From assembly GCF_004010195.1 (NCBI RefSeq), contig NC_057723.1, positions 40,140,432 through 40,204,431 of the forward strand: a stretch of 64,000 nucleotides of DNA, given 5' to 3'. Made by a program: the position numbers and the translations under genes. Shown in pieces: positions 12,921 to 24,312 of this stretch. The notes under the pieces are model-generated. The model had not been told where the DNA came from. It searched no databases and saw only the letters and a program-made list of their open reading frames with translations. This DNA is from Chiloscyllium plagiosum (Eukaryota). Positions within the stretch are counted from its first letter, which is position 1, and the number at the start of each line of letters is the position of its first letter.

Positions 12921-13612
12921 GTCATAGAGTCATAGAGATGTACAGCACTGATACAGACCCTTCTGTCCAACTTGTCCATGCCGACCAGATATTCTAACCT
13001 AATCTAGTCCCATTTGCCAGCATTGGGCCCATGTTCCTCTAAACCATCCCTATTCATATACTCATCCAAATGCCTTTTAAATGCTCTAATTGTACCAGCC
13101 TCCACCACTTCCTCTAGCAGCTCATTCCACACACACACCACCCTCTCTGTGTGAAAAAGTTGCCCTTTAAGACCCTTTTATTATCTTTTCCCTCTCACCC
13201 TAAACTTGTGCCCTCTAGTTTTGGACCCCCTGCCCCCAAACAGGGAAAAAAACCTTGTATATTTATCCTATCCATGCCCCTCAGATTTTATAAACCTCCA
13301 TAAGGTCCCCCCTCAGCCTCTGATGCTCCAGGGAAAACAGCCCCAGCCTATTCAGACTCTCCCTATAGCTCAAATTCTCCAACCCTGGCAACATCCTTGT
13401 AAATCTTTTCTGAACCCTTTCAAGTTTCACAATATCCTTCCGATACGAGGGGGACCAGAATTGCACGCAATATTCCAGAAGTGGCCTAACAAACATTTTG
13501 TACAGCTGCAACATGACCTCCCAACTCCTGTACTCCTATTGGTCTGACCAATAAAGCAAAGCATACCAAACACCTTCACAATTCTATCTACCTGTGATTC
13601 CACTTTTAAGAG
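12921..13612 (-). mobile_element. Young HER1/CR1 LINE 3' fragment nested in Gypsy gag
   Basis: ORF 13281-13514 LYKMFVRPLLEYCVQFWSPSYRKDIVKLERVQKRFTRMLPGL. Tail gtcatagagtcatagag. Confidence 0.92.
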
Positions 13613-14789
13613 GTATTGAAGCTATAATCAGCTCCATTATCTGTTCATCTGGGGTAGATCATTCTCTTAAAAATGAATCTTCACCCTTGTCACAGCACCT
13701 GTTAACAAACTGATTACTTTATTTTTATGCTTGTTGCTTAGAAGACATTAGCTCCAAATGGTGAATTCTGAAGTTCACTTTTGTACAAAGCCGATTTTTC
13801 CAGCATTTCCCAAAGCTTAGCAGCATCATTCTGCTCCACTTGTCAGGTCTGAAATGCTGACTCTGCTTAAGTGCTCAGTTCCAAGTGCTTTATTTTCATG
13901 ACTTGCTTATCCAGCTTTGCAATGGCTAACGCTCAGAAGCAGAGCTCCATCGTTTGTTTGAAAAGCCTAAATTCAGATAAGGTGCCTGTGGCCTTCTTAT
14001 TTACGCGAGGGAGTTTAGTAATCAGCTTTCTGACATTTCTCGACTTTTGCAAATATTCATAGAGATTTTTAGCTTTGCCGGTCCATGGACAGCATTCAAA
14101 AACAGTGCAGTTACTGTGCTTTGTTGGGATGTTTTCTTCTCAGCTGCACTGCTTCTGACTGTTGCTCAGGCTTTTCTCTTTGCGGGCAAATGACAACCAA
14201 TGTCGTCACCATGGTCTTTTACAATCCAGTTTGGAACGGAGTCGCTGCTTGTATGAGCCACTAATCTAGTCAGTCCACAGAGCATGTACTTTCTATTCAG
14301 AGAGTGTAATGACGTTTGTTTTCTCCTGAGCTTTCAGTGTAAGTACAACTTCTGTACTCCCTTGAATCTTGTCTGAGTCTTTTTCCTGTGTGTTTCAAGC
14401 TCACACTATCTTCATTTTTCAAGAAGAAACACCACTTATTACCACATTGTGATTGTGTATTGCTCATCTTACACAAAGTTCCCACTTTCACACAGAATAA
14501 GTGAAAACGGCCTAGGTTCTGTTCAATTGCAAACCTTCAATATATTTACTCAACAGCCAGAAAGATTACAGACGTTTAGTATTTGCAGTTATAGAAATGT
14601 TACACTGGCACACTGAAACTGGGCTCACATAGTTGCTCGTCACAATATCTTATAGTCTCTTGCTTATTACATGTTCAGCCCTTAAAAGTGACATTACAAC
14701 ATCCATAGTCAGGCAAAACATTTTTCAGAATAAGAGATAGTTAACCATAACTGAATGTGATGGATTGCATTCTCTTTGTGGCGGGGAAT

Positions 14790-15125
14790 TCATAGAATCC
14801 CTAGTGTGGAAGCATGCCATTCAGCCCATCGAGTCCACACTGAACCTTCAAAGAGCATCCAATCCTGACACCCCCCACCCCCAGCCAATACATGTAGCTC
14901 TGCATTTCCCATGGCTAACTCACCTAGCCTGGACATCCCTGGAGACTTTAGCATGGCCAATCCACCTAACCTGCACATCTTTGTTCTGTGGGAGGAAACT
15001 AGAGAAAACCCTTGCAGACACAGGGAGAATATGCAAACTCCACACAATCACGTGAGGGTGGAACTGAGCCCAGCACCTTGGTGCTGTGAGGCAACAGTGC
15101 TAACCACTGAGTCACCGTGCTGCCC
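14790..15125 (-). mobile_element. HE1 V-SINE with internal duplication
   Basis: Reverse-complement head at 15080-15125. The catggc-aa-cacctaacctgcacat segment occurs twice (about 14910 and 14952). Confidence 0.88.
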
Positions 15126-15489
15126 TAATTGGGCAAATGTATTTGGAATTGTCCTGCCCTGAGGGAGGTAGATACTTTGTCACTAATGCAACCATTGATC
15201 CAAGTGAGGGACAGAGACATCCTCAGGACTGTTGTGATATTGAGAGAATAAGGTGATGAGTCACATAAGTCATGATATGGGATCACTGAGGAACATGTTT
15301 CAGTGTCTATTTATTCTAATCTAGCTGCTCTTAGCTATCTCTGGATATCCTGGAGTCTGTTTTACAAAGCAAGGCATTGTCCACTCATGCAGTATGTGAT
15401 ATGGTGGCAAGGTGAGCAACCAAGCCAAGGTGAGACAACATGTTACATCATAAGGGCTTCTTTGAGCAGGTTTAAAGCACGCTAATCTC

Positions 15490-15900
15490 CAGTAACCCAT
15501 AAAGGCAACTATGTGGGCATGAAAGATGAACTAACTGAGGTGAACTAGCATACTCAGCTCAGGAATAAATCAATAGGTACACAGTGGCAGACAGTTATGG
15601 GGATATTTCAGAATACACAGAATAGGTACTTTCCTCCTGGAAAGAAAAAGTACAAAAGGAGGACTCACCATCAGTGGTTAACTAAAGAAGTTAAGTAAGG
15701 CATCAAACTTAGGGAAAAAAAACTATGCAAAAGGGTGTGGCAGTTCTGATGACTGGACAGAACAGAAAGAAGATCAGAGAATGCTAGTCAGCCCACGATG
15801 TAAATAACTCGATGATTTCATGAACTCTCATTGGACCGTGATGCCATGAGATCTGGAGTGGTGCTGGCTCAATGGGAGCCATGCCCAACTGAGAATGGTT
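15490..15900 (+). mobile_element. CR1 ORF2 relic joined to a CR1 tail
   Basis: KGNYVGMKDEL...QW...IFQNTQNRYFP...WLTKEVK-like segment, then ggtgctggctcaatggg tail. Confidence 0.55.
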
Positions 15901-16064
15901 CTCTAACCATTTACTTTTGATTAATGCAATGCCCTTCTGAATGCTAAGTGTCAACTTCACCCAACCAACCAAAAAATACCTTTTCATTAATGCCTGTGAC
16001 TCCTTAGGAAATGAAAGTGGATTCCTTTTTAATTGAGGACCAATATGTTTGATCCTTGCCCTCA

Positions 16065-16141
16065 CCCACCACCTCTCATTATCCTATACCCACTACTTCC
16101 CATTATCCTATACCCACTACTTCCCATTATTCTATACCCAC
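16065..16141. repeat. 24-bp tandem repeat (cccactacttcccattatcctata) x about 3.2
   Basis: Directly visible; gives the TTSHYPIP repeat in ORF 16056-16334. Confidence 0.92.
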
Positions 16142-18094
16142 ATTACCTTGCCATTCCAGTTGCCATTGTTACCTTGAACCTCCTCCATTTCCATTGATCT
16201 TATCCATATTTGTGCGGACTTCACTACTCTACCCTGAGCCCATAACTATCAAGGTTTCAATGCTCATCCTTTCTTTCCCAATTCTACCTAAATGCTCAGT
16301 TACCATGACCCACTTGTATGGTTCTCACCCATAACACTACATTTCCCATCCTACCACATCCAACTCTCCTCATAATTATTGATTTTTCCTCTGTCACACA
16401 ATACCAATAGATGTAACCAAGACATAAACTTCCACAGCATTGATCATGCCCTGGACATCCAGCTCTGTGTGACATATCCTTCCCAATCATCACCCTCAAT
16501 GGACTAGGACAGACCAAAGCCATGTTGCAGTGTCTACCTTTCTACCCTTACCTGGCCAATTCTCCTCCTTTCCCTGCTGACCTCTCACCTCCCCATGCCA
16601 CTTTTCTCCAAACTGTCTCCCAATCACAGCAACTGCTCCACGTATGACTTTTGCTCCACATGGCCACCCTCTTCCTCATGCCACTTTCATTCTAGTTGGA
16701 GAATCTACAACACAACTCAATCACTAACTTTGATCGAAAGTCATATTGCGATAAGGACAAAGCAGCAAGTACTTGCTCTGAAGTCTTGGAAGAAATTGAG
16801 CTTGCTAGGTACATACCAATTATATGCAGTCAGGTATCTGAAGGCATATATTGCTTTATTAGATAGGATTTAATTGGGAATGAGCACTTAATTGCAGCAA
16901 TTGTGTTTTTAATGAGATGCAAATTTTTGTAAAATACATTGCCTTTCAGATTGCTGAATTGTCCCTATAGATATCAGTTTGCTTTTTAATTAAACTTTCA
17001 GCCACCACATTTTAATGATGTTAGTAGTTTACTGACTATTCAGTAAGTAAGAATAAAAACATTCTTTGGATTACTTTGCTGCCTTCGTTAGAAGAAATCA
17101 AATCTTTGTATTTATCCTATTAGAATAAATTTCTGTGTTTATTCTTCAAAGTTGTCCATACATCTATCGATTAAATTATACAGGTTGAATGTCATAAATG
17201 AATGACTTAGTGCCTACAAGCTGAATTTTTGAAAGTTACAAGGATCTTTACATTCACCAACAACAGATGGGAATTAGCGTCATCTGGTAACTTGTCTATG
17301 GTTAATAATTCTGGTTTAATATTTTGCATAATCTGTAGGCATTAGCAGATTTTTAATGCATGTGATCAAGTTAACTGTTAATTAATAATAAATGAATGTG
17401 TTCTACATATGTTACAAGGATTTAGATGGATAATTGTTTAATATTTATAATTAGTTACTTATTTAGATGAGAGAAAAGTGACAAAATAATTTGCTCTTTC
17501 AGTTACATGATGTGACATTCTTATTTTTCTTGGGTGTTACTGTTGCTTTTTCATAATTCAAGGAATATCAATGTTAATTAAGAAGATAACAGCAAAACCA
17601 TATTCTATGAACAAAAACAATGGCACTGATAGCTTTTATTGAAACTTGGTCTTGAATGAAAGTATCTTGACTCTAGCTGGCTTGATCAAGCAGCACTTAT
17701 TGGATCAATTAACTGAAAGTTTAGTAAACAACATTTGTAGAAAGAATACAAAAGAATTCTTGATAGTGGCTCATTTATGTCCCACACTTATTGATGCAGA
17801 GATTAACTATCAGACATTCAAACAATGGAAAAACTAGAAGGACAGATAATAGTTTTAGCATGAAGACCAATCTATGTTGAGGAATGAGTCTAATTAACAT
17901 TCATGTGGCAGACTTTAGGCAGCAAATAATCACCCCTTGCAACATGTTGCCTCTAATGATACTGACGGTTGAATTAAGATTGCAGAGATGGTGAGGAAGC
18001 CTCATCTGGTAGCAGCCCATATAATTCTGTGGAGCCTAGAGGAGAATATCATTAACTATTATTCCGCCTGAAAGTCATCCCTCATATAATCCGC

Positions 18095-18385
18095 ACTGTG
18101 TAGGAGCAGGCCATTCAGCCCACTGAGTCCACACTGACCCTCTGACAAGCATTCCACCCAGACCAAACCCCTACCCTTTACCTGTGACCCTGCATTTTCC
18201 AAGATTAATCTACCTAACGTGCACATTCCTGCACACTATGGACAATTTAGCATGGCCAATCCACCTAACCTGCACATCTTTGGACTGTGGGATAAAAACA
18301 GAGCATACATAGGAAACCCACGCAGACACAGGGAGCAAACACCACACAGATATTCGTCTAAGGCTGGAATCGAACCTGGGCCCCA
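18095..18385 (-). mobile_element. HE1 V-SINE
   Basis: Reverse-complement V-domain gcatggccaatccacctaacctgcacatctttggactgtggg and B box ggaatcgaacc. Confidence 0.85.
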
Positions 18386-19403
18386 CTGAACCACTATGCT
18401 GCCCATCAGGTCTAATTCCATCCCCATTTTTCCTCGCACCATTCTCAAAACAACTGTGTTCAGCGGATAACTGCCAGCATCCCTTGCACCCACAGCATCT
18501 GTGAAAGGCCACTGTGCACCTAGACAAGCATTGACAACCTAGCATTGCACCTCACTGGCAATGTAATGGCTTTACAGCCATGCTAGTCATGGCACATAGC
18601 CAACATACTTGGCACTACTTCACACATGCAACCCTATTCTCTCACTTTAATATCACACATAAACAAGAAATCAACCAAATGCAAACGTGAACATTTCTTT
18701 ACAGGCAGCAAAGGTATCCAAGAGCAAGCAAGCAGCCCTGAGATGGAATTGGGTCCAACCCTTGAATTGAATGCCTGTCAATGCATGTCCTTGTTGCACC
18801 CTTTCAATGCAAGTTGCTGCCATGCTCTGCAATGTGGATCAGTGGTTCCTATGTGGTCTGCCAGTGGATTAGAGAATGCCGTGATGGTCACAAGGACAAA
18901 TGCAACATGGTAGCCATGGATTATGCCCTGACATGCTGGCTAGTCATAAGTAAAATAGTGGTTCTTTGAGTCGTGAGCTGAATCCAACTGGTCTGCTCTG
19001 ATTTCTGTGTCAGTATTTCTCGACATCTAGCTTATTTGGTCTCTTTTGTAGGATAGGGAACTCCATATTATTGAGGCAAGTTAAATAGAATAGTATAGTA
19101 ATTTATTTCACTTCATCAACAAAGCAGTTAATAATCTGTAATGTCTCCTTAATTGGCAACTCACTACTGCCTATGAGAAACTCGCCACACCATTAGACAA
19201 AACATAAAAGGTGGAGCAAACGGGCACGGTTGAAGTCACATCTGTCTCAGACATGCATATTGACATGCCTCAACAGGTTGATTAGAAAAATCTAAAAGAT
19301 GGAGTGAGATGCTCTCAACATTGAGATGGGCCTCAGTGAACTGCTCATCCAATTCGACTATAAGTTGCGCCATGGCTCATATTGGTCAGGCTGCTATAAG
19401 ATT

Positions 19404-19463
19404 TTCCTGCTCCTCCGATGCTGCCTGACCTGCTGTGCTTTTCCAGCACCACTCTAATCTAGA
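19404..19463 (+). mobile_element. Tiny PLE pLTR insertion with 13-bp TSD
   Basis: ctgctataagatt at 19391-19403 and 19464-19476 flanks pLTR sequence matching 23750-23810. Confidence 0.85.
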
Positions 19464-20178
19464 CTGCTATAAGATTCTGTTCATTTACTCTATTTCTGAC
19501 ACATATGCTGTCAGACCTGTTGAGTTTTTCCTGCATGTTCTGTTTTTATTTTAAATCCCTACCATTCACAGTATTTTGCTGTTATTTGAAATGCTTAATA
19601 TTCCTTTGAAATGGCATTCTTCAAACAAATAATTTTGTTAAAGGATTCACAATAGTGACTGAACCATCATCAGTTACTCATTATGTATCTTTGGACATTG
19701 GGCATGTTTTCAATATATTTCTTTCATACACTTTAATTTTATCTTCATGCAAATAATTGTTAATAAAATATTTAAATGATATGCAATTGCATATTCATGA
19801 TTTTACTCCAAAATGTTTAATTTTAATATTTAATTAGATATTTTCAGCCTCCTATTAGAGCATAAAACAGATATTACAAATTGGTGATAGAAATTGAACT
19901 ATCCGTAGATGGGAAGGAAAATTGGGCCAACGTTCTAATGGGTGGCCAATCCACAATACCAGAGTTACAAAGTGCAGCATGTTGAAAATCTGTCCAAGGA
20001 CAGTTCACATGTATTCTTGAAGCAGAAATCTGTAATTTAAGTGACCTCCACATGTTCTTGAAGGAACTTTTAAAAGGAGAACTTTGCAAAATAACTCATA
20101 TATTTGTCATGTCAATTTTAGGGTATCATTTCCAGATCAGCAGTACCATCCAGACTTTAAAATAAATGTACTAATTAA

Positions 20179-20268
20179 TGAAGAAGGGCTTGTGCCCGAA
20201 ACGTCGATTCTCCTGCTCCTTGGATGCTGCCTGACCTGCTGCGCTTTTCCAGCAACATATTTTTCAGG
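20179..20268 (+). mobile_element. PLE pLTR insertion truncated inside the hammerhead core, 11-bp TSD
   Basis: actaattaatg at 20170-20180 and 20269-20279. TGAAGA-agggc-ttgt-gccc-GAAAC-GTC. Confidence 0.85.
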
Positions 20269-20479
20269 ACTAATTAATGTACTGACTTAAGGAAACAAAT
20301 TATGCTTCGCCCATCATTTACAATATTGCTACTCAGTGAAGTAAATAACTAACTTTGAAATAAAATGGCATCTTCTCAATGTTGCTCACAGCTCAGAAAT
20401 GCAAATGAAAGGACAGATCATCTGTGAATACAAGTATTATAATTTTAATTTTAAATCATTAGCTATTAAAGTATTACGA

Positions 20480-21050
20480 AGGCGAATGGAATAATGACCT
20501 CTATTACAAGAGGATTTGAGTGTTGAGGTAGTGACGTCATGCTCCAATTGTATAGGAGCTGGAAATGTGTTGCTGGAAAAGCGCAGCACATTTCCAGCTC
20601 TGATCTCCAGCATCTGCAGACCTCACTTTCTCCAATTGTATAGGAGCTTGGTTAGCCAACATCTGGAATATTGTGTGCTGTTCTGGTGTCCTTATCTCAA
20701 GAAAGATATTGCCATAAAGGTAGTGTAACACAGAGTCACATGATATGTTCCCAGGATGGCAGGACTGACCAATGAAGCGAGATTAGGCAAAGTGGGCCTG
20801 CATTCTGTCGAGTTTCGAAGAAAGAGAGGTAACCACATTGAAACTTACAAAATATTTAAACTGATAGGCAGAGTAGTGCAAGTAAGATGTTTCCCCTTAC
20901 TGTGGAGCCTAAAACCATGAGGTCCAGTTTAAAGATAGAGAATACCACAAAGGTCAGAGATCAGGAAAAATTATTTTACTCAGGCTGTAAACCTTTCGAG
21001 TAGTCTACATCAGAGAACTGTCTCATCTTCTAGAGAATGCTACTAAGGGT
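20480..21050 (+). mobile_element. CR1 3' fragment containing an inverted PLE mini-insertion (20561-20629) with 19-bp TSD
   Basis: LYRSLVSQHLEYCVLFWCPYLKKDI. ctccaattgtataggagct at 20542-20560 and 20630-20648. Confidence 0.85.
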
Positions 21051-21144
21051 TTAGGAGGGGAGGAGCTGTGAATGAAAACACAGCACAAGTTTAGAATTCA
21101 GGGGGTTCTTTTATATGAACTCAGAACATCAGAACTTTGTGAAT

Positions 21145-21275
21145 AGTTCTGATGAAGGGTCACTGGACTAGAAACATGAACTCTGTTTGTTTTTCTCTCA
21201 ACAGATGCTGCCAGACCTGCCGAGTTTCTCCAACACTTGTTCCATATCAAACAGCATCCACAGTTCTTTGTTTTA
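21145..21275 (+). mobile_element. PLE pLTR remnant with decayed hammerhead
   Basis: agtt-CTGATGA(21149-55)-agggtcactggacta-GAAA(21171-74)-catg-aact. Helix I arms agtt/aact are retained but the cleavage triplet is mutated. Confidence 0.75.
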
Positions 21276-21308
21276 ATATAAGAGTGTGGGTAGGTAGCTT
21301 AGGATGAT

Positions 21309-21426
21309 TCTGGATTAGTGGTGCTGGAAGAGCCCAGCAATTCAGGCAGCATCCAAGGAGCAGTAAAATCGACGTTTCAGGCAAAAGTCCTTCATCAGCA
21401 TCTGCAGTCATTGTTTTTACCTTTTT
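21309..21426 (-). mobile_element. PLE mini-insertion with inverted segment and hammerhead motif, 12-bp TSD
   Basis: gcttaggatgat at 21297-21308 and 21427-21438. Minus strand CTGATGA-aggac-tttt-gcct-GAAAC-GTC at 21398-21371. Confidence 0.85.
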
Positions 21427-21858
21427 GCTTAGGATGATACCAGGGATAAGAGGCTTTAGTTGTGAGGAGAGATTAAGGAAATTATGACTCTTGCTAATAG
21501 AAAACAAATAAAGAGGATATTTGATAAATATTTCCAACTTCATGAGAAACTTTGACTCAAGTTTTATTTTATTAATATTGATGAGACAATAACTGAACAG
21601 CATCAAGAAGAAGGTTTAGGAGAATTAGTTTTGACATGAGGATTATTAGGTAATTGGATTTCCTACTTGATACGTTGGTGTAAGAAATTAAGTTGATAAA
21701 TATTTAAGAACAAACGTAAGGCGTTGTAGAATGGCTATGAAGTCAAAGTGAGTAGTTAACTGTTTCAAGCAATCAACATGAGACTACATGGAATGAATGG
21801 ACTGATGTAATTCTTTGATGTAGGAAATTCTGAACTTGTGCTCTGTTTTCATTTGCAG

Positions 21859-21982
21859 CTGCTACAACTACACTCTCACCTGAATCTGGACATGCAAGAA
21901 GGTGCAATGAATCGGAGAAATCCTACTGTGTCAATGGCGGTGTGTGTTATTATATTGATGGTATTAATAAACTTTCTTGCAA
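21859..21982 (+). CDS. NRG2: Neuregulin 2 common EGF-domain exon (Cys1-Cys4)
   Basis: Acceptor ttttcatttgcAG (21857-58), donor AA|GTAAGT (21983). 124 nt, phase 1 to 2, translating ATTTLSPESGHARRCNESEKSYCVNGGVCYYIDGINKLSCK. This closely matches recalled human NRG2 SGHARKCNETAKSYCVNGGVCYYIEGINQLSCK. The 10-residue Cys3-Cys4 loop is NRG2-type (NRG1 has 13). Confidence 0.96.
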
Positions 21983-22555
21983 GTAAGTGAGTGCATTTTT
22001 CTCAGGTGTTTACTCAGTACTTTTCTAGTGATTAAACATGTTTAATTTTATAATATTAAAAATGTTTTGTCTTTTGAGTACTGAAGGTTGGTTTGATGAT
22101 TGACAAGGGACTGATTATACTAGTCGGACTGTACAATCACAGCACTGCTCCACAGGGGGCCCAGAAATGTAAATGTGGAAAGATTACTGAAGTTATCATT
22201 ACATTGTATTGCTAAATCAATCAACTATTCAATAATGACAAAAAATGTTTATAAAGCACCTTGAACATAGTAAAATGTCCTAATATGCTTCACATAAGTA
22301 TTATGGCCATAAACCAGATGAGGACTATCAGATTAGCTATAATCTCATTGAATGGTGGAGCAGACTACTTCTGTTATTATGTCTTACTGTTCTGGGTATT
22401 CAGCCAGATGCCTAAAAAAACTTGGAAAGTGTAGAAGGCTTTAACAGACACCTTAAAGGAAGAAAACAAGTTAAAGAGCCAAAGAGGGTAGGATTTTGAC
22501 AATTATAATCTGGGATGCTCAAGTGGAAAGAATTCGAGGAGTGCAAATAATTAAG

Positions 22556-22885
22556 GGGAAGGTGAAGGTCTAGTGGTATTATTGCTGGACTGTTAATCTG
22601 GAGATTCAGTTAATGTTCTGGAGGCCCAGGTTTAAATCCCATCATAGCAGATGAATTTGAATTCAATTTTTAAAATGTAGAATTGAGTCTAATGACTATG
22701 AATCCATTGTCAATTGTCAGGAAAAACTCATCTGGTTCATTAATATCCTTTAGGGAAGGAAGCTGCCATCCTTACTTGGTCTGCCCTACATGTGACTCCA
22801 GACCCACAACCAATGTGGTTTATCCTTAGCTGCCCTCTAAGCACTTGGGGATAGGCAATAAACCCCATGAATGAATAAAAATAAA
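22556..22885 (+). mobile_element. tRNA-derived SINE with probable Meta-domain core
   Basis: A and B boxes (ggtctagtgg; ggtttaaatccc). Core catctggttcattaatatcctttagggaagga...catgtgactccag. Tail ccatgaatgaataaaa. The family assignment is from memory. Confidence 0.65.
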
Positions 22886-23669
22886 TTCAGATTGATATGG
22901 ATTCGAGAGGTAGGAATGAACAAGGCAATGAAGAGATTTCAAAATGGGGTGAGAATTTTAAAATATTATTAAAACAAGGGCCAATGTAAATCAACAAGCA
23001 CAGAGGTGGTGTGAGTTAGGAAGAGTGGCATAGTTGGATGACCTCACATTTTTATTGAGGATGGAATGTGGGAAGTAGAGCCAACAGTCAATTGGAATTA
23101 TTGGGTCTGGGAATAACAAAGGCATGGATGGCAAGGAGCATGAGCAAAGGCATTGGGCAGCAGCAATCTGTGGTAGAGCTAGAATTGGACAATGTTACAA
23201 GGTAGAAACAGACTTCCTTGGTGATGGTGCATATCTATGGAAGGAGCTTATTTTGGCAGTAAATGTGGCATCTAAGCCTCAGATTGTTGCCAGGGAGAGA
23301 AATGCAATCATTCACTAGTTAACAAAATATGTAATTGGAACCAAAGACAATGGCTTGTGTCTAATATAGTTGGGAGATATTTCTGGTCATCCAGTACTGG
23401 ATGTCAGACAAGCAGTCTGAGGATGTAGTAACATCTGAGGAGTGGAGAGAGGTGGTGATCTGGATGGCTACAGAAAGGAGGATGGTATGGTCAACAGAGA
23501 CCAAGGCTGCAGACATGTCAAAGATAGCAAGCAGGAGTTGTTTACCTTTATCACATTTCCCTTCTTTCAACATTTTGGAGGGTTGCTACTACCTAGTCAT
23601 ATAAATAATTTGACTACAAGAGCAGGTCAGAACATGGAAATTTTATGATAAGTAAATCACCTCCTAACT

Positions 23670-24312
23670 TCACAATGCCCAAAAGCTCCATCACCTTAAA
23701 AGCAAAATTCATGATGAACTGATGAGGGCTTTTGCCCGAAACGTCGATTTTCCTGCTCCTCGGATGCTGCCTGACCTGCTGTGCTTTTCCAGCACCACTC
23801 TAATCTTGACCATTCATGATGTGATGGACTACTCTTCACTTATCTGAATGAGTGAAACTGCAACTGAAGAGGTTGGGCAACATCTAGACCAACGCAGTCC
23901 ACTTGACTGGCACCCAATCTAACTATCCTTTTAACATTCACTTTCTCCACTACTGCTGTGCAAGGTCATCCATAAGACCCACAGCAATAACCCACCCACG
24001 GCTCCTCAGACTGAATCTTCCAAGCCCATGATTTCGACTACCTCAAAGGTTAAGGCAGCAGTTTCATGAAAATACAACCCTGCAAGTGCCTCTCAAAACC
24101 TACGCCACCCTGACTTGGAACTATATTGGGAGGCTATTCCTTCACTACCATAGGATTAAAACCATGGAATTTCTCCCTCGCAGCACAGTGGGTGCTCCTA
24201 TATTATAACTGTTCAAGAAAGCAGCTCACCACCACCCAGGCCCATTCAGCATAGGCAGTAAATGCTGGAAGCCTAGTCTGAGACATTCCCAGCCTGGGAA
24301 TGAATAAAAATA
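23670..24312 (+). mobile_element. Non-LTR retrotransposon 3' fragment (same family as 10872-11300)
   Basis: Ends ttcaagaaagcagctcaccaccacc...aggcagtaaatgctgg...gaatgaataaaaa. Confidence 0.6.
23717..23811 (+). mobile_element. PLE pLTR insertion with canonical hammerhead core, 10-bp TSD
   Basis: CTGATGA(23719-25) GGGC TTTT GCCC GAAA(23738-41) C GTC. attcatgatg at 23707-16 and 23812-21. Confidence 0.9.

Larger units (their letters stand above)
9800..14220 (-). mobile_element. Decayed Ty3/Gypsy LTR retrotransposon internal region (gag, RT, integrase)
   Basis: Minus strand in Gypsy order: gag SEFRLFKQTMELCF / KVNFRIHHLELM / EQIMELIIASIP (about 13610-13980); RT ELDNVK...RHPYKIPTLEKLNPKITTAQFF (11898-12257) and FQRLPFSL...GKTKEQH; integrase KEPL and IKSDNGP (9830-10090). 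Possible PBS TGGTGACGAC at 14203-14212. Confidence 0.85.

Noticed and set aside
1-21858. Upstream Ig-domain or spacer exon of NRG2
   Set aside because: I found no Ig-like motif with splice sites by eye. It probably lies upstream of the window, though a small divergent exon could be missed.
23719-23750. Active stand-alone hammerhead
   Set aside because: The core and helix II are perfect, but 5' truncation removed the helix I partner (GAA upstream versus GAT downstream). It is kept only as part of the collective finding.
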